A stretch of 64,000 nucleotides of DNA from Octopus vulgaris (taxonomy: Eukaryota): contig OX597817.1 of NCBI GenBank assembly GCA_951406725.2, positions 122,512,001-122,576,000 of the forward strand. The letters are read 5' to 3'. A program made the translations under genes and the position numbers. Numbering within the stretch: position 1 is the stretch's first letter; each line of letters opens with the position of its first letter. Of this stretch, positions 1-14,105 are shown piece by piece. Under the pieces are notes generated by a model. It did not search any database and was not told the origin of the DNA. It was given only the letters and a program-made list of their open reading frames with translations.

Positions 1-40
1 CATACACACACATAGACACTCACACAAATATACACATATA

Positions 41-94
<54 letters not shown>

Positions 95-194
95 GTATGT
101 ATATATATATACATACATTTATGTGTGTATATATATACATACATACATATACATATGTGTGTATATATCTGTGTATATATATGTGTGTGTGTGC

Positions 195-225
<31 letters not shown>

Positions 226-345
226 CTTGCACACACCCACTTGCACACACATAGATATATGCATTCATACATCTTTACAAGGATATTTATATTTTTATAC
301 ATATTTTATGAATGTATGTGTGTGTGTGTGTGTGTCTGTCTTTCA
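1..345. repeat. Compound (TA)n/(CA)n/(TG)n microsatellite
   Basis: Dinucleotide tracts visible directly; overlapping ORFs are YI/HT/CV translations. Confidence 0.95.
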
Positions 346-1055
346 TCATCATTATCATCATTAGACAAATGTCCGTGGTCCATGCTGGCATGGGTTAGAC
401 TTGCTTTTACAAATAGGAAAAAACTGAACTTAGTATGCCAATATATATATATGTATAACATTCCCAACATCCCTGGAAATAAATAGGAAATATACGTAGT
501 AGGTAATCATACCCCCATACCCACAGTTTATATACAGGTAGAATAGTTAGTGGGCTATTATATAGATGTATGTGTGTGTGTGTATGTATGCATATATGGG
601 TAGGCAAATAGATATGAATGTAAACAGATAGACATACAGACAGATAGGTTCATAGATAAGATGAAGAGGCAAGCACAAATGCACACACATATGCAAATGA
701 AGATTGAAACATGACTATTTACACAAACACTTCACACAAGGACACACATGGAGACACACATCCACACATAAGGAGATACTCATTCATACATACACAGTAC
801 ATAGTCCCAAAAAGCCATACATACACACACAGACACACTCAGACATGCACATACAAGGAGACAGAGGTACACTCATACATATGCATGCAAACACACACAC
901 ATAAAAGCACATAAACCTGAACACACAAACACATGAATATGCAGAATACATACATACTAACGTACACACATGCATATAAACATATGCACACACATACACA
1001 TACATACATGCATACACACACTTGTATGCATGCATACATACATAATTTATCCTGG

Positions 1056-1404
1056 TCGATTCACACAGCTAAATTTGTTACTGAATGGCATGAGGAACAT
1101 TCTAGTGAAGTTGAACATATTATCTGGCAACCACAATCCCCAGATCTCAATATTATTGAACATTTATGGTGCATTTCAGAAAAACAAGTAAGGAGTCGAT
1201 ATCCTCCATCATCATCACTACAAGAACTGAAGACAGTCTTAGCTGAAGAATGGACAAAAATTCCTTTGGAAATACTTCAAACTTTGTACGAGACCATACC
1301 ATGTAGAATTCAAGCTGTAATTACTGCCAAAGGTGGTCCTACCCCATATTAAAATAAATTTGTTTAAAATTTTAAGGTGTTTCCATTATTTTGTCCAGCC
1401 CCTG
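1056..1404 (+). mobile_element. Tc1-family DNA transposon 3' fragment (transposase C-terminus plus right end)
   Basis: Translates HTAKFVTEW...WQPQSPDLNIIEHLW...IQAVITAKGGPTPY* (SPDLNxIE and GGxTxY hallmarks); ends ...CCCCTG followed by TA. Confidence 0.9.
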
Positions 1405-2024
1405 TATATTATTTATTAGCTCTAAAATTACACATGTAACTTAATTATGAATGGAAAATTTGAAATATATTAATTAAGAACAATTACCCCTTGATTTAAT
1501 TATAAAAGTAGATAAATAAGGAAAGCATGCTCATTATGCTTTTTCCATCATATAACAATCAACAACATAAAAACACGTGAAATGTAAATGTTCCAAATAT
1601 AGATTGAAAGTGTTCATGGGTTACAACAACTTAGAACATTATTAATTTTCTCCTTCTGCTGCCTTTTGGTCTTCTACCATTCATGGCCAACCTTTGTGAA
1701 AAGTGGGCTGATTGGGATATAGCTCATCATCAGGTAGTTTCACCCTATTAAAAAGCATTTTAGGTAAATTTACATTAGGCATGATATTTAACTTGCTTAT
1801 TATTACTGGTTTGTACTTTCAGTTTCAGGATTCTTTAAATTCATGTTATGCTTCTTATTCATGAAATATTCAAAAGTATTCTTTAATTGAAGAAAGTCAA
1901 TTAAAATTGGTGAAACCAAGAAACAAAAACAACCAGAACTGTTGTGACTTGATGATAATTTAAATCTGGAAATTGTAAATTATTGAATCCAGATCATTGC
2001 CATTTATTCTATAAATTCTGTACT

Positions 2025-2058
<34 letters not shown>

Positions 2059-3373
2059 CAATAACATCAATGAGTACCAAATTTTTTTTCTACCCAGTTT
2101 GAAATTACAAGAAAGGGAACTGATATCAAAAGTTAATTTTAAAGATCAAACTTCTCCACAAGAATAACAATATGATGTAATATAAATATAATGAATAGTT
2201 TCTTTTCTTTGAAATTGAAGTAAAAAATAGATGTTGGGAAGTTAAGAATAGAAGCAACTTTAGAATATTCAATGTAGTTAATCAGAAATGTCAAACTGAC
2301 ATATCCACATTCTTGGCAATTCTTCTCAAACAACACTTATATTATTTGGAACTATAAGCTCCATCATATGTGTAAACTTGTAGGTTTTAAATATGTTTAT
2401 AGCCTTGTTTTTATGTATATATAACAGTTTTTTTCATTTTCTTGAAGCTTGATAATCTTTTTGACTTCTTGAACTTGGAGGCTCATTTGAAATACCTTTG
2501 ATTTAATTTTATAATTTCTTGTCATTTTCTTTTTGCTGTTTTGTTTTTCTGCAGCTCAAAAGTAAGATCAACTTTTTAAAAGGTTAAGTATAGCTGTATT
2601 AAAGCTTGAGATATCTTTAAAATATATGTATATTTTAAGAAAATTCTTAAATATATTGAATTTGTCCTAAATTCATCAATCAAAAGCACATTTCTAACTA
2701 TATTAGATTTAAAATTTAACCTCTGTGCAATAAAAATATTTCCATATTACATCATACATAAGTTTTATTTTCTATTTTAATTTCACTTTTCTTGAAGTAT
2801 ATTTGGGTTACATTTAAATCTACACAAGACAAATATAAAATATAAAATCTCATATTAGATTTTTTTTCTATTTCTTCTTTTTTAAAATGGTATTTTATTT
2901 TTTCTTTATCTGGATTTTAAATACAAAAACAAAAAAAAATCTCACAGAAAGAAAGATGGAAAATGACTTTAAAAGAAATTACATGTTAGAGCAAATTTAG
3001 TTGATGTATTGTTTTTGCAGACATCACTGAAGTTGGAATTTTGTTCATCTAAAACCATAAAGGTTACATATAGAAGTAAAAAATACAAAAAGAAAAAGAA
3101 ATTTATAAGAGAAAAACTTCTCAGGAATTCTTTGTAATACTACATTACTTTATCAACATATTTGATAGATTTGATATGTTTTAACAGATAAAGGAAAGGA
3201 TCTAATGGATTAGGTCATACACTATTTCCATTGGTATTTATTTTTATCTTTGAAGCATTTCTAAATTTTAAAAAAATTTAATATTGTAATGTTTAAGCTC
3301 AAAATTTTTTTGAATATTTGAAAACATAATAATAATAACAATAATAATAATAATAATAATTATTATTATTATT

Positions 3374-3590
3374 AAGATGGCAAATTGGCAGAATTGTTAG
3401 CATACCAGTCAAAATGCTTAGCAATATTTCATCTGTTGCTACATTCAGAGTTCAAATTCCACTGGGGTCAATTTTGCCTTTCATCCTCTTGGGGTCGATA
3501 AATTAAGTACCAGTCAAGTACTGTTGTCGAGGTGATCAACCACTCCCCTCACTACAAATTCCAGGCCTTGTGCCTATATTAGAAAGGATT
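3374..3590 (+). mobile_element. tRNA-derived SINE, family B
   Basis: TGGCAGAAT A-box-like, GAGTTCAAATTCC B-box, then GCCTTTCATCC..GGGGTCGATAAATTAAGTACCAG central domain shared by more than 10 copies in the window. Confidence 0.85.
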
Positions 3591-3905
3591 ATTATTATTA
3601 TTGTTGTTGTTTTACTTCCCAGAATGTTCTTGTCTGCGCCTGTTGATTCTGTGAGAGCGGACAGCAGCCTGTTGTTAGAGGTTTTACAAGGTCTCTCTCT
3701 GCACATTATAAGTTTTGATACTTGGTTGTTAATTATTGTGGGAGAGAGTCAACATCCAAATACCAATCACAAAATCCTAGCTGTTCCCAGCAGAGCAGTT
3801 TTTTTGGCTTGCTCTACTCTCATGTCAATTCTAGTTTCTTTGACTTATTTCTCAAAGTTGGTTATTAGTGCTTTGAGTACCCCTACAACTACTAGGATGA
3901 TAGGG
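3590..3905 (-). mobile_element. R4/Dong-like non-LTR retrotransposon 3' relic
   Basis: Minus strand reads IILVVVGVLKALITNFEK*VKETRIDMRVEQAKKTALLGTARIL*LVFGC* (the xQKTALLGTARIL C-terminal motif); 3' UTR ends in (CAA)/(TAA) repeats. Confidence 0.8.
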
Positions 3906-3949
3906 TACTCAAAGGATGATAGGGTACTATTCTCATTATAACAATAATA

Positions 3950-4510
3950 ATCCTGTGAATGAGGAAAAGTGGAACAGCTATTGGGAGGTGGCTGCAGATT
4001 TATCAGGGTGCCAAGAGCTCTTTCTCATCCCAGTTATGAAAAACTGGACATTATAATCTGGTGTGAAAGAAGTAATGTGGTGAATCTATTCGAGTTAAAG
4101 GTTCCTCGTGAAGATAACAAGGACGCTGCTTGGGTTCGAAAGATTGACCATTATGTAAACCTTCTCATGGAATGTGAAGATGCAGGCTGGAAAGCAGAGC
4201 ATTTTCCATCTGAGGTCGGATGTAAGGATTTGTTGGACACGGTGTGATGCGACTGTTGTTATCATTAGGTCTAACTCATCGTAAAGTAAATACCACCACG
4301 AATGATATCCAAACTACAATGGAAAAGACTAGCCTCTAGATTTGGTTAAAAAGAGATGATGAGCAGTGGCTAGGAGAATATTGAGCTTTATTTGATAGCC
4401 AGTTGATCTAGCAAGGGGGGGAGGCTCAAATCAGTGAGTGGGGCTAGTGTGCAATGATACTATTGAGGGGTAGGCCCCAAAATGGCAAGCATTCTCTCCT
4501 GATGACCCCG
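3950..4510 (+). mobile_element. HERO-like non-LTR retrotransposon 3' relic (restriction-like endonuclease)
   Basis: LDIIIW..FELKVPREDN..RK..Y..ECEDAGWKAEHFPSEVGC, then after a 1-nt frameshift GFVGHGVMRLLLSLG...SL*IWLKRDDEQW. Confidence 0.8.
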
Positions 4511-4535
4511 TACACTTGGGGTCATCAGGAGAGGG

Positions 4536-4945
4536 GTGGAGTAGTCAATTACATCAGCCCTAGTGCATAACTGGTTCTTATTTCACCAATCCCGAAAGGG
4601 TGAAAGGCAAAGTTGAATTTGGCAGGATTTGAACTCAGGACATAAGGAAGGATGAAATGCTGCTAGGCATTTTTGCCCAGCATGCTAATGATTCTGCCAG
4701 CTAATCACCTTGTCAATAATTCAACAACAACAACAACAATAATAATAATAATAATAATAATAACAGTTTCAAATTTTAGCATAAGACCAGCATTATGTTT
4801 TTCTTTTATACAGGGGATTAATTGAGTACATTGGCCCCAGTACTTCACTTGTACTTTATTTTATCAACCCCCAAAAGGATGAAGGGTGAAGCTGACCGTA
4901 ACAATATTTGAACACAGAATGTAAAGAGCTGGAACAAATGCTATA
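4536..4945 (-). mobile_element. Two family-B SINE copies separated by (CAA)n(TAA)n
   Basis: Reverse-complement matches to family B (GGATGAAAGGCAAAG...TTTGAACTCAG). Confidence 0.75.
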
Positions 4946-7759
4946 AAAATAGCTATAAATTAAGGTAGTGAGAGGTTCAGTTCATTTACCATGCATTAAT
5001 TTTTAACCTTGGTAAACTTGTCTGCTGAAGCACAGAGCTCTTACATAATCACCAGTGTGGTGAAGAATGAGATGATTTCCAAATAATACCTGCCATATAA
5101 GTGATTGACATTTATATACTCTACTGTCAGAGACAAATGAACAGATTAATATTTGCTGTCATGGATAAGTGCATGTAAAATTTATACTGCCGACAGTGGT
5201 GATGATGATGATGATGATGAGAAAGACTTGTCGGTACGAAGAATATGTTGACGTTGACAATGATGATGACTAGGAGAAAGAGAATGTAAAAGATGATATT
5301 CTACATTTTGTTTGCTTGCTTGTATGTGTGTATGTGTGTGTGTGTGTGTGTGTGTACGAGTATATGTGTGCATGTGTGGTGTATGCAAATGTGAATAATA
5401 AAACAAAGTGAAACAAGACAACAGGTGGAAAAGAGAAACTGAGAGAGGGAGAGAGATAGGGAAGGAAGAGAGGGAAAGAGATAAGAAGAGGAGAGAGAAA
5501 GAGAGAGGTGGGAAGGGGGGTAGAATAAAATATCGGAATAAAAATAGTATGAAAGCATGAGTAAAAATGCAAGAGAGAGTATATAATACACAGTTTTATT
5601 TTATTTTTTGGCTTTTATAAAGCCACTCACATTCGTTAATTGCTTGCTTAGATATGTTTTTATTTCCCTCAACAGAAAGCATTCAGAGTAAAGGTAAAAA
5701 TCATGGAAGATGAACTAAAACTTTATGATTTCCTCTTCCAAAGTAAGACCAATCTTTCTATCAATATCTATAGTAGATCTGAAAATGTAACTGTCAGTTG
5801 TCTAAATTCTGTCAACATTTACAGAAATAGCTTCATGTAACATACAAAATATATCATAGTATAGCAATTCATTTGTCTTTTCTAAGTAAATTTTATGTCA
5901 TTTTCTTATATGCTTTGTTTTCATTGTCTGGTTCAGTAACCAGTGGAATGTCTCTTTTGAAAAAGTATGTACTTTATAAAGTGTAGAACAGGATGGATAT
6001 GAGAAGAGCTCACTTTTCGTGACAGTTAAGATAAACATTAAATATTTTTTTCCCAGCAGGAATTTACATAGAGATTCTTGAGAGAGTTATTTTTCATCAT
6101 TGTGCATTATTGTATATTATATTATATTTATCTGCTGTTTTTTTTTTCTCTATGTTCTTCAATTTTTTTGTTTTATCAAACTTTTGTTTATTAACTCAAA
6201 TTTATTTCGAGATATTTTACAAATCAAGCATTTTTGTTATTTGAACATATTTTATTTTTATATGTTTGCTTTAAGAGATCATTGTAAATATTACAGCTGA
6301 AAAGTACAATTTTGTTTAAAGAGAATTTTAAGAAAATTCCTCAAAATAGCAAATATTTCTTTATAAAATACTATTTCACTTTATTTATTAGAAAGAATGA
6401 TGAGTATTGAAAATATGCAGTAGATGGCGAGAGAATTAGTAGATTAAATCCCCTGGACATGCACAGTCAATTCATAAGAAGCACCATGTATAAGCAATTG
6501 TGAAAGTGAAAGTAAGCGATTCCAAGAAGATTAGGGATTACACATCAATAATGATACAAGTCACCATTGTGCCAAACTATGGTAATCCTCGAGCCAATAA
6601 AAGAGCTTTGATGTCGTCACTCAGCCTGCTAGATTTGCAAATTTCATCCTATCATCTTAGAAAAAAGGGAACTATATATAGGATAATGTAGCACTAGATA
6701 TGCAATTCCTCAACTGGGAAACTTTCAGGATTGCAAGAGAAAATTTGGAGACTCAAGTGAGAAAACTGCTTTAAGACTGAAAAATTCTTTACAATTATTT
6801 GTATTGCTTTTCTTAGATATATTTTTCGTAACGTGAATTTTAAGATGCTAATGTCGAATTCACATAATACTGCTAATGTTATGTAATAAATAGTGATGTA
6901 TACAAAGCTACATTTCTCTTATATATTTGTCAAGAGAAATCCTGATGCACGATTGATTAAAGAGGGAGGAATACTAAGAGAGGCTGAGATATGCTGCCCC
7001 AGATAAATTATGCCTGATAAAAGAAAGAAGTAGAGTAATGATAGCTGGAATAACTTTGATCACAAGTGTGATGGATCACGACTTACCCTGGGCTAATCAA
7101 TAACAACAATAGCTGGTTGTATTAAAAGTGTTGCCTGAAGTGTTCGGGAATTTGTTTGCATTGATATAAAGCTGTAATAGGAATGGATGAGGCATTCAGA
7201 ATAAAAGGTGCTTATTATAATAGACGAAAGAAACCAAAGTGTTAGGTGGTGAGGTTAGTTCTGAAAATGCTAAGCATCAGATAACAAGCAGTAAAGAATC
7301 TGATATTTTTATTCAACAATTGGCTTATTCTTCATTGAAATTACAACTACATGTCTCACTGTAAGTGGCTCTTCAAGCAAACAGTTCTAATCTACTTTTA
7401 TCCTTTGATGGCTGAGATAACAATGATGGAAAAAAAAATTTGCTTTCTGGATGTTACAGCTTAGAAGGACCAGCTATGGTGAAACTATTAGCTGCAATGT
7501 CAATATAGGCACATAAAATGTACTGCACATTTTTCCAATTTAAGCTAGCACAGAAAAATTGATATCAAGATGAGAAAAATAATCCTGTCATTTGGAATCA
7601 TATTTACTTTATAATTTTAATATTCTTCCTATTAATATTAACATAAAACCATATCTTATGGCATAAATTCTCAAAATGCATGTTGTTTTAACTTCCATTC
7701 TAATTCAGTATTTGACAGACATATACTATCATTAGCAGTCTATTCTATTTATTTATTTT

Positions 7760-8195
7760 TATTTTTTATTTTTATCTAGTTCCAGCTCACAAGCTGTGGC
7801 CATGCTGGGGCACCGCCATTTGGTGTTGCTACATGATTTTACTTCACGAATGCTTTTTAGCAATTGCCATTTGGTGCATCATCATCATCATCATTGTTCG
7901 ACCGTGGTCGAGACAATGGAATTTACCATGTTGCGCCAGACTTCACGGTCCATCATAGCATTACGGAGGTCCTGTTGCTGGATGCCTGTATCCCTGGAGA
8001 TTACATCAGGGTAGGAGAGTGTGCGCCCTCTGGTGTTGCGAGTAGATGGCTTCCAGAGGAGAAGAGTAGAAATTACTTCTTTTTCAGCTCTACAACAATG
8101 TCCAGCAAACTGGACTCTCCTACCCTTGGTGCAAGAGAGAGTTCGATGCAGCTGCCCTCATCTGCACCTCCTGCTGTGAAGTTGGTTCATCTGTT
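7760..8195 (-). mobile_element. SINE-like repeat interrupted by an RTE fragment
   Basis: Shares the GGCCATGCTGG..CACCGCC tail with family A; split at a duplicated TTGGTGCA. Confidence 0.55.
7879..8125 (-). mobile_element. 5'-truncated RTE-type LINE with 8-bp TSD
   Basis: Stop-free GRRVQFAGHCCRAEKEVISTLLLWKP...GRTLSYPDVISRDTG...MMDREVWRNMV...EQ* followed directly by (TGA)n; TTGGTGCA at 7871-7878 and 8126-8133. Confidence 0.85.
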
Positions 8196-8859
8196 TAAGA
8201 TTTTTACACATATATATCCTAATACTAATTTCTAACTTAGATAGCAAGCCAAACATATTTCATGGGAGGGTACTTGCTTGATTAAACTGACTCCAGTTTT
8301 TAACTAGTACTTATTTTATCAAGAGTGAGAAATAAGTTAATTTCAGTAGGATGGATTCAAATTCAAAACATAAGGATGCAAAGAATTTATGAAAGTATTG
8401 TGTGCCACTCTTCTAATTCTGCCTTATCAACCAGTTTCTAGTTATATCCTGTCAGGTAAGGATTTTTTGTCATCCTTTTATCCTGGATGAAAGAACACCT
8501 GGAATGAAAAATGGTAATAAGGAGTGATGTTCACACGCTAAAGCATCATTGGAAGATAGCATTATTTGACCAACATTTACATATATGACAGATACCTGTT
8601 CTCTATCAATGAATATTATTCAGAAAAATCATGTTTTATTCATGAGACATTCATGATCTAATACAGTCTTCAAATATTTAGGAGTATGTTCTTGTTCATA
8701 ATTCTGCTCAGAGATTCAGTTTCTTCATCAAGTTCCAAACTGAATCCTGAATGATAACACGGTAGTCTCTGAACATTCCCACTAGTTTACAATATATAGT
8801 TCAGTTCTCACGATGATTTTGGAGCGAAAAAAAAAAATGATGGCTCACTACATGCCAAT

Positions 8860-10240
8860 GAATGTCCTCCTATGTGATACTTCAGTTTGCTAGAAACAGT
8901 AGTCAAATCAAATCTTCTTTAAAACTTCAAGCTGATTATTTTGTAAAGAGAAAGGTACATATAAGATAACATAGTTCAAGATAAGCAACCACAGACAAAA
9001 AAGGCTAAGATGTTGATAGCTAAAGATGTAAGATCTCATGTCTATTCAGTGAAGGTAGATGTTGAGCCACACAGTGTCAACAACAATATTCCTAATGCAA
9101 ACTGCATAATGATGCATTTAATTGAATCTGCAGTAAGGCAGAACTAAGTTCCACTTTTAAATATTGGTTACATTGAATTGCAGCAAATGTAACCTTCTTT
9201 CATTTTCTTTTTTTTGGGGATACACTTCAAGTTAAGGTAGACAAAACTATATTTTTGAGTAGTCTTGTAAAGTTAACTGTTTAAATTGAAACAACAAGGG
9301 AAACCCTGTGATTTGCTTAATCTGCTATAAATAAATTTGACTGCCATAAACAGCAATCACGTCTTCCTCAAATCACAATTAACTATCTTACAAAAGAGGT
9401 TATATATATAAGATTAAATAGGATAATGTAGTACTATACATTCTGGGGTTGAAAATAAAATGTGATGGGCATGTTTAGGATACCTTTGGTTGCAAGTTGT
9501 TTTTATTTTTTTTTCAATGAGAGCCAAGGTCAATGAGGTAGTTTTTACATATTTGCTGAACATGCTAAACATAGCAGCAAAATCTTGTTCAAATCACAAA
9601 ATAATGAGGGAAGAGTGAATCTAATAAAAAGGATGGGTTGGTCATAATCGGAATGCCTTTGATGAGAAGCTTGCTTGATTAGGGCTAATTTGAGGCTGAA
9701 CAACAATAACAACCTATTTAATATTTAAATTGATGGCATTAATTTAATTAATTATCTCCAAATTTGTACTGAGTTTAATTCAAACCTCTCAAGATATTAG
9801 GAAGCAATATATAGGAGGAATACAATTAAGACATTTCTATTAAATTTAGTTTCCTAAACAATTGAGAGGCAACACATAATTAATGCTGGTTGCCATCTTG
9901 ATCAGTCGCTTAATTTGAAAACAGCAACTAAGGGGATTTGCTCTCAGTAGCTGAATAGAAATTCATTTGTAAAGGGGCTTGCATGTGGTTGTAGAAACTG
10001 ATTATTGCTACCCTTCAGCAACAACAGTCACTACAACAATAAACCAACCAGGAAGCAGAAACATTGTTGCTTGATGTCTTAGAAACAATGTTCTAAATTC
10101 ACTGGAATCATATCTTACCCTCATAAAAATAAGGCCCATAAAACAACATAGGTCTCACAGTTATAAAAGACAGGGATGGTCATGTTCAGAACATCAGCTG
10201 TCATCAATCATTGATCTGGTCAATTAAGGCTGAATTAGGA
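8860..10240 (+). repeat. Cluster of old degenerate interspersed-repeat copies
   Basis: Recurrent GAAA(T/C)AGCAG..AAATC..TCAAATCAC...GGATGGTCATG...AACAACAA motif, also seen near 6.6, 15.5, 17.5 and 32.4 kb. Confidence 0.5.
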
Positions 10241-10299
10241 CTGTGTAGTTTAGCAGTTCACACTCTACTAATTAAGCAAAGGGAGGAAGCTTTAAATGC

Positions 10300-10592
10300 T
10301 GGTTTCAAATTTTTGCACAAGGTCAGCAATTTCCAGGCTAGGGGATTAGTTGATTACATTAAGACCCCCCACCCACCCAGTGCTCAAATTTTTGCACAAG
10401 GTCAGAAATTTCCAGGGAGGGGATTAGTTGATTACATTAAGACCCCCCACCTACCCAGTGCTCAGCTGGTATATATTTTATCAACCCCAAAAGGATGAAA
10501 GGCAAAGTTTATCTCAATGGAATTTGAACTCAGAAAGCAGATGGACGAAATGCCCCTAAAAATTTCACCTGGCATGCTAATGATTCTGCCAG
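10300..10592 (-). mobile_element. Family-B SINE with a 79-bp internal tandem duplication
   Basis: TCAAATTTTTGCACAAGGTCAG... starts at both 10305 and 10384. Confidence 0.8.
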
Positions 10593-11539
10593 GTATATAA
10601 GATGACAATTGGGACAGTCTCATCATGACTGGAACAGCATTTCTCCATAGATTTATTCAGTAAGACTTGACCCAGGGTTAAGCAATATCAACTAGAACAA
10701 TATCTTAGAGGTATTTTTATTTATTTTTCTTTTATTATATACAACCATATTTTCTGTGTCAAATGTTGTTTTTATGTGTAAAACAATGAATGTAACATTT
10801 CTGCTTTAAATTTTTTTTCTTTTTTTTTTTGTATCAATAAAATTGTGTTGAGTCTCCACTTTGAATAATTGATCAGTTCTAGGTTGATTAGTTGGTTTGA
10901 AAGTTGTAGAAAACCTAATCTGCCAAAGAAAAAACAAACAAACAGACAAACAAATATAAAAAAAAAACATCTAAAATGATCAATGTTTTCACTTTTTATT
11001 TGATTTCATTTCACTTCCTTTATTTCTTCATTATTATTATCATTATTATTATTATTATTGTTATTTTAATAAGTATCTAATTGAATTGCAAAACAACCTT
11101 AAATTTGTTTCTTATTTTACAGATTTTCTCAATACAAATGTTAGAACCAAATTTCAATTTGTTATCCGACACCAGAGCAGAGTACTAAAACGAAAACGAA
11201 AAAAAAAAAACTGCAACAAATACACACACACTCACACACAAACACACATATGTATATATGTATGTACATACCATTTGTATGTATGTCTAATAAAAAGTAC
11301 ATCAATAGTCAAATAACCTGTGTAGAAATGTATTCATACAGTTGTTTTAGCCAAAGTTTGCTTAATAATTAATACATTACAAGCTGAATGTGCTTTCAAA
11401 TTCTTAAATTGGAATATTGGATGGTGGTGCTATTGTAAACTCAGGAGCCAAATGCAAGAGCAAAATAAAAAGACCTTGCATTAGATGAAGCATATTAGAA
11501 CGACTAACTAATATTATCGTAAACTTCAAAAGACTATAC

Positions 11540-11932
11540 TCTTTACTCTTTTACTTGTTTCAGTCATTTGACTGCAGCCATGCTGGAGCACCACCTTTAG
11601 TCGAGCAAATCGACCCCGGGACTTATTCTTTGTAAGCCCAGTACTTATTCTATCGGTCTCTTTTGCCGAACCGCTAAGTGACGGAGACGTAAACACACCA
11701 GCATTGGTTGTCAAGCAATGCTAGGGGGACAAAGACAGACTCACACTTATAAATATATATACATATATACGACAGGATTCTTTCAGTTTCCATCTACCAA
11801 ATCTACTCACAAGGCATTAGTCAGCTCGGGGCTATAGCAGGAGACACTTGCCCAAGATGCCACGCAGTGGGACTGAACCCGGAACCATGTGGTTGGTTAG
11901 CAAGCTACTTACCACACAGCCACTCCTGCGCT
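11540..11932 (-). mobile_element. tRNA-derived SINE, family A, near full length
   Basis: Head TGGCTGTGTGG (A box) and GGTTCAGTCC (B box), CTTGGGCAAG motif, internal (TA)/(TG) tract, GAAACAAGTAAAAGAG tail. Confidence 0.9.
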
Positions 11933-12619
11933 TATTATTATAATTACTATAATTATTTTTTTTTTATTTATCTGATAATTATTCAACACATAATCACAGA
12001 CATATACATACACACACACACACAGGTACATTTAAACAAACATAGGCTTGCGAGCACACAAACTAATACTATATTCATGCAACTGAAAATAAAATACTAA
12101 TTCTACTTGCCAAACAAGTACAACTAGAGGGATAGAGTGCAGTGAGCAAGACAATCAGTGGTAGAGTGTTTACTTTCGTTTCAGCAGCCACTGCAATTAA
12201 ACATTGAAGGGTCGATAAAATAAGTGCCAGTTATATATTTGATGAAGTCGATTAAACAAACTTTCCTTGTACCAGAATTGGCTCTACGCCAAGTCAAAAG
12301 TCATCAATCTTTTCGGCTTTTTTTTATTTTTTATTTTTTTACTAAATAGTTGAGTTGCAAAAAAGACAGACTGTCTCAAAGTAGTTAGCACATTTTTTGT
12401 ATATAACTAACAAAAACAAAAATAAAAACAAGAAGAAATTTTTAAAAAGAGGAAAGGGAAATAACTCAAGTGAGCTAATGCATTCATCATCATAGTTGTC
12501 AACTGTGTAGTTTTTATACTTGTCATTTTTCAGTATGAAATTAAGTCTTGAGTTTGGGCCTTATATATATATGTGTGTGTATATGTATATATACACCACA
12601 CACACACACATATATATAT

Positions 12620-12650
<31 letters not shown>

Positions 12651-12775
12651 CATACACATATATACATTTACATATATATATATACATATTCACATATATA
12701 TACATACATATATATATATACATCACATATATATACCATACATATATACATATACGTACATATATCACAATATAT

Positions 12776-13020
12776 TGCATTGTTTTAGCCATCGAATAAC
12801 GCCACCCCGCTGGCTAAGCGAGCAGGCCAACAGAAGAAAGAGCGAGAGAAAGTTGCGGCGAAGGAGTACAGCAGGGATCGCCACCACCCCCTGCTGGAGC
12901 CTCATGGAGCTTTTAGGTGTTTTCGCTCAATAAACACTCACAACGACCTGTCTGGGAATCGAAACTGCGATCCTACGACCGCGAGTCCGCTGCCCTAACT
13001 ACTGGGCCATTGCGCCTCCA
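12776..13020 (-). mobile_element. CpG-rich tRNA-derived SINE, family D, inside a TA-rich microsatellite
   Basis: Minus strand TGGCCCAGTAGTTAGGGCAGCGGACTCGCGGTCGTAGGATCGCAGTTTCGATTCCC has tRNA A/B boxes; many intact CpGs. Confidence 0.75.
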
Positions 13021-14105
13021 CATATATACATATATATATTATAGGTGCAGGTGTAGCTGTGTGGTAAAAAGTTTACCTCCCAACCACATGGTTCCAGGTT
13101 TAGTCCTACTGTGTGATACCTTGGACATGACTCTTATACTCTGGCCTTGGGCCAACCTAAGTCTTGTGAATAGATTTGGTAGATGGAAACTAAAAGAAGC
13201 CCACCATGTATATATCTTCTCATCTTCCTTCTTCTAGCTTTTTTCCTGATGTTTTCTCATAGACCAGTGTCATGGTTTTCAAATAGGTCTAATGGCATGC
13301 ACTGAGCTTGAAGGATTGTTTGGAGGCACATGGCATGCAATATAAATCTGCTAGATTATTATCTGTAGGGCATTAAACTATTAATAGCTCTCTTTTAAAT
13401 ACTATGTATATTAAATGATATAAGTATGTATGTATATGAGGGTGGTGTTCAATGTGCCTCTGTTTGACAACCAGCGTTGGTGTATTTATGTAACCATAAC
13501 TTAGCAGTTAAGCAAAAGTGACTGATAGAATAGGCATGAAAAATGAAAATTAAAATAAGTATGGGTGTAGATTTGTTTGACTAAAATTCTTTAAATCAGT
13601 GCGCTGGCATGGCCACAGTCTAATGATTGAAACAAGTAAAAGATATAAGATAGTCCACCTGGAGGTAGTTATTTCACTGCAATAGGATTTGGAATCCAAA
13701 CAGTTAAAGATGGAATAGATACTGCTAAACATTTGCTATCTTGGACTGATGCATTATTTATCAACCTTGACAGGATGAGGAACAAAACTGACTCAGTAGG
13801 ACTTAAACACAAAGGAATTTAATCCAATAAGCTGAATTCCAGCATACAGATATAGGTACAGGAAGGGTTGCGCTGTGGAGAAGCTTCACAAAGATATGCT
13901 TGAGTTCTGAGTTCACTCCCATTGCATGGCACCTTGGGCAAGTATCTTTTACTATAGCCCTTGCTGTATCTGGTTTTTGAAGGTATGTAGCTTAGCAGGT
14001 CCAGGTGATAATATATACCCTTGAACTCAGCTGAAAATGAGTACCAGCAAGCTTCTAGTGCAGCCCTCTTTATCTTCAGCTGTCCCATCCTTGATCTTCC
14101 ACTAG

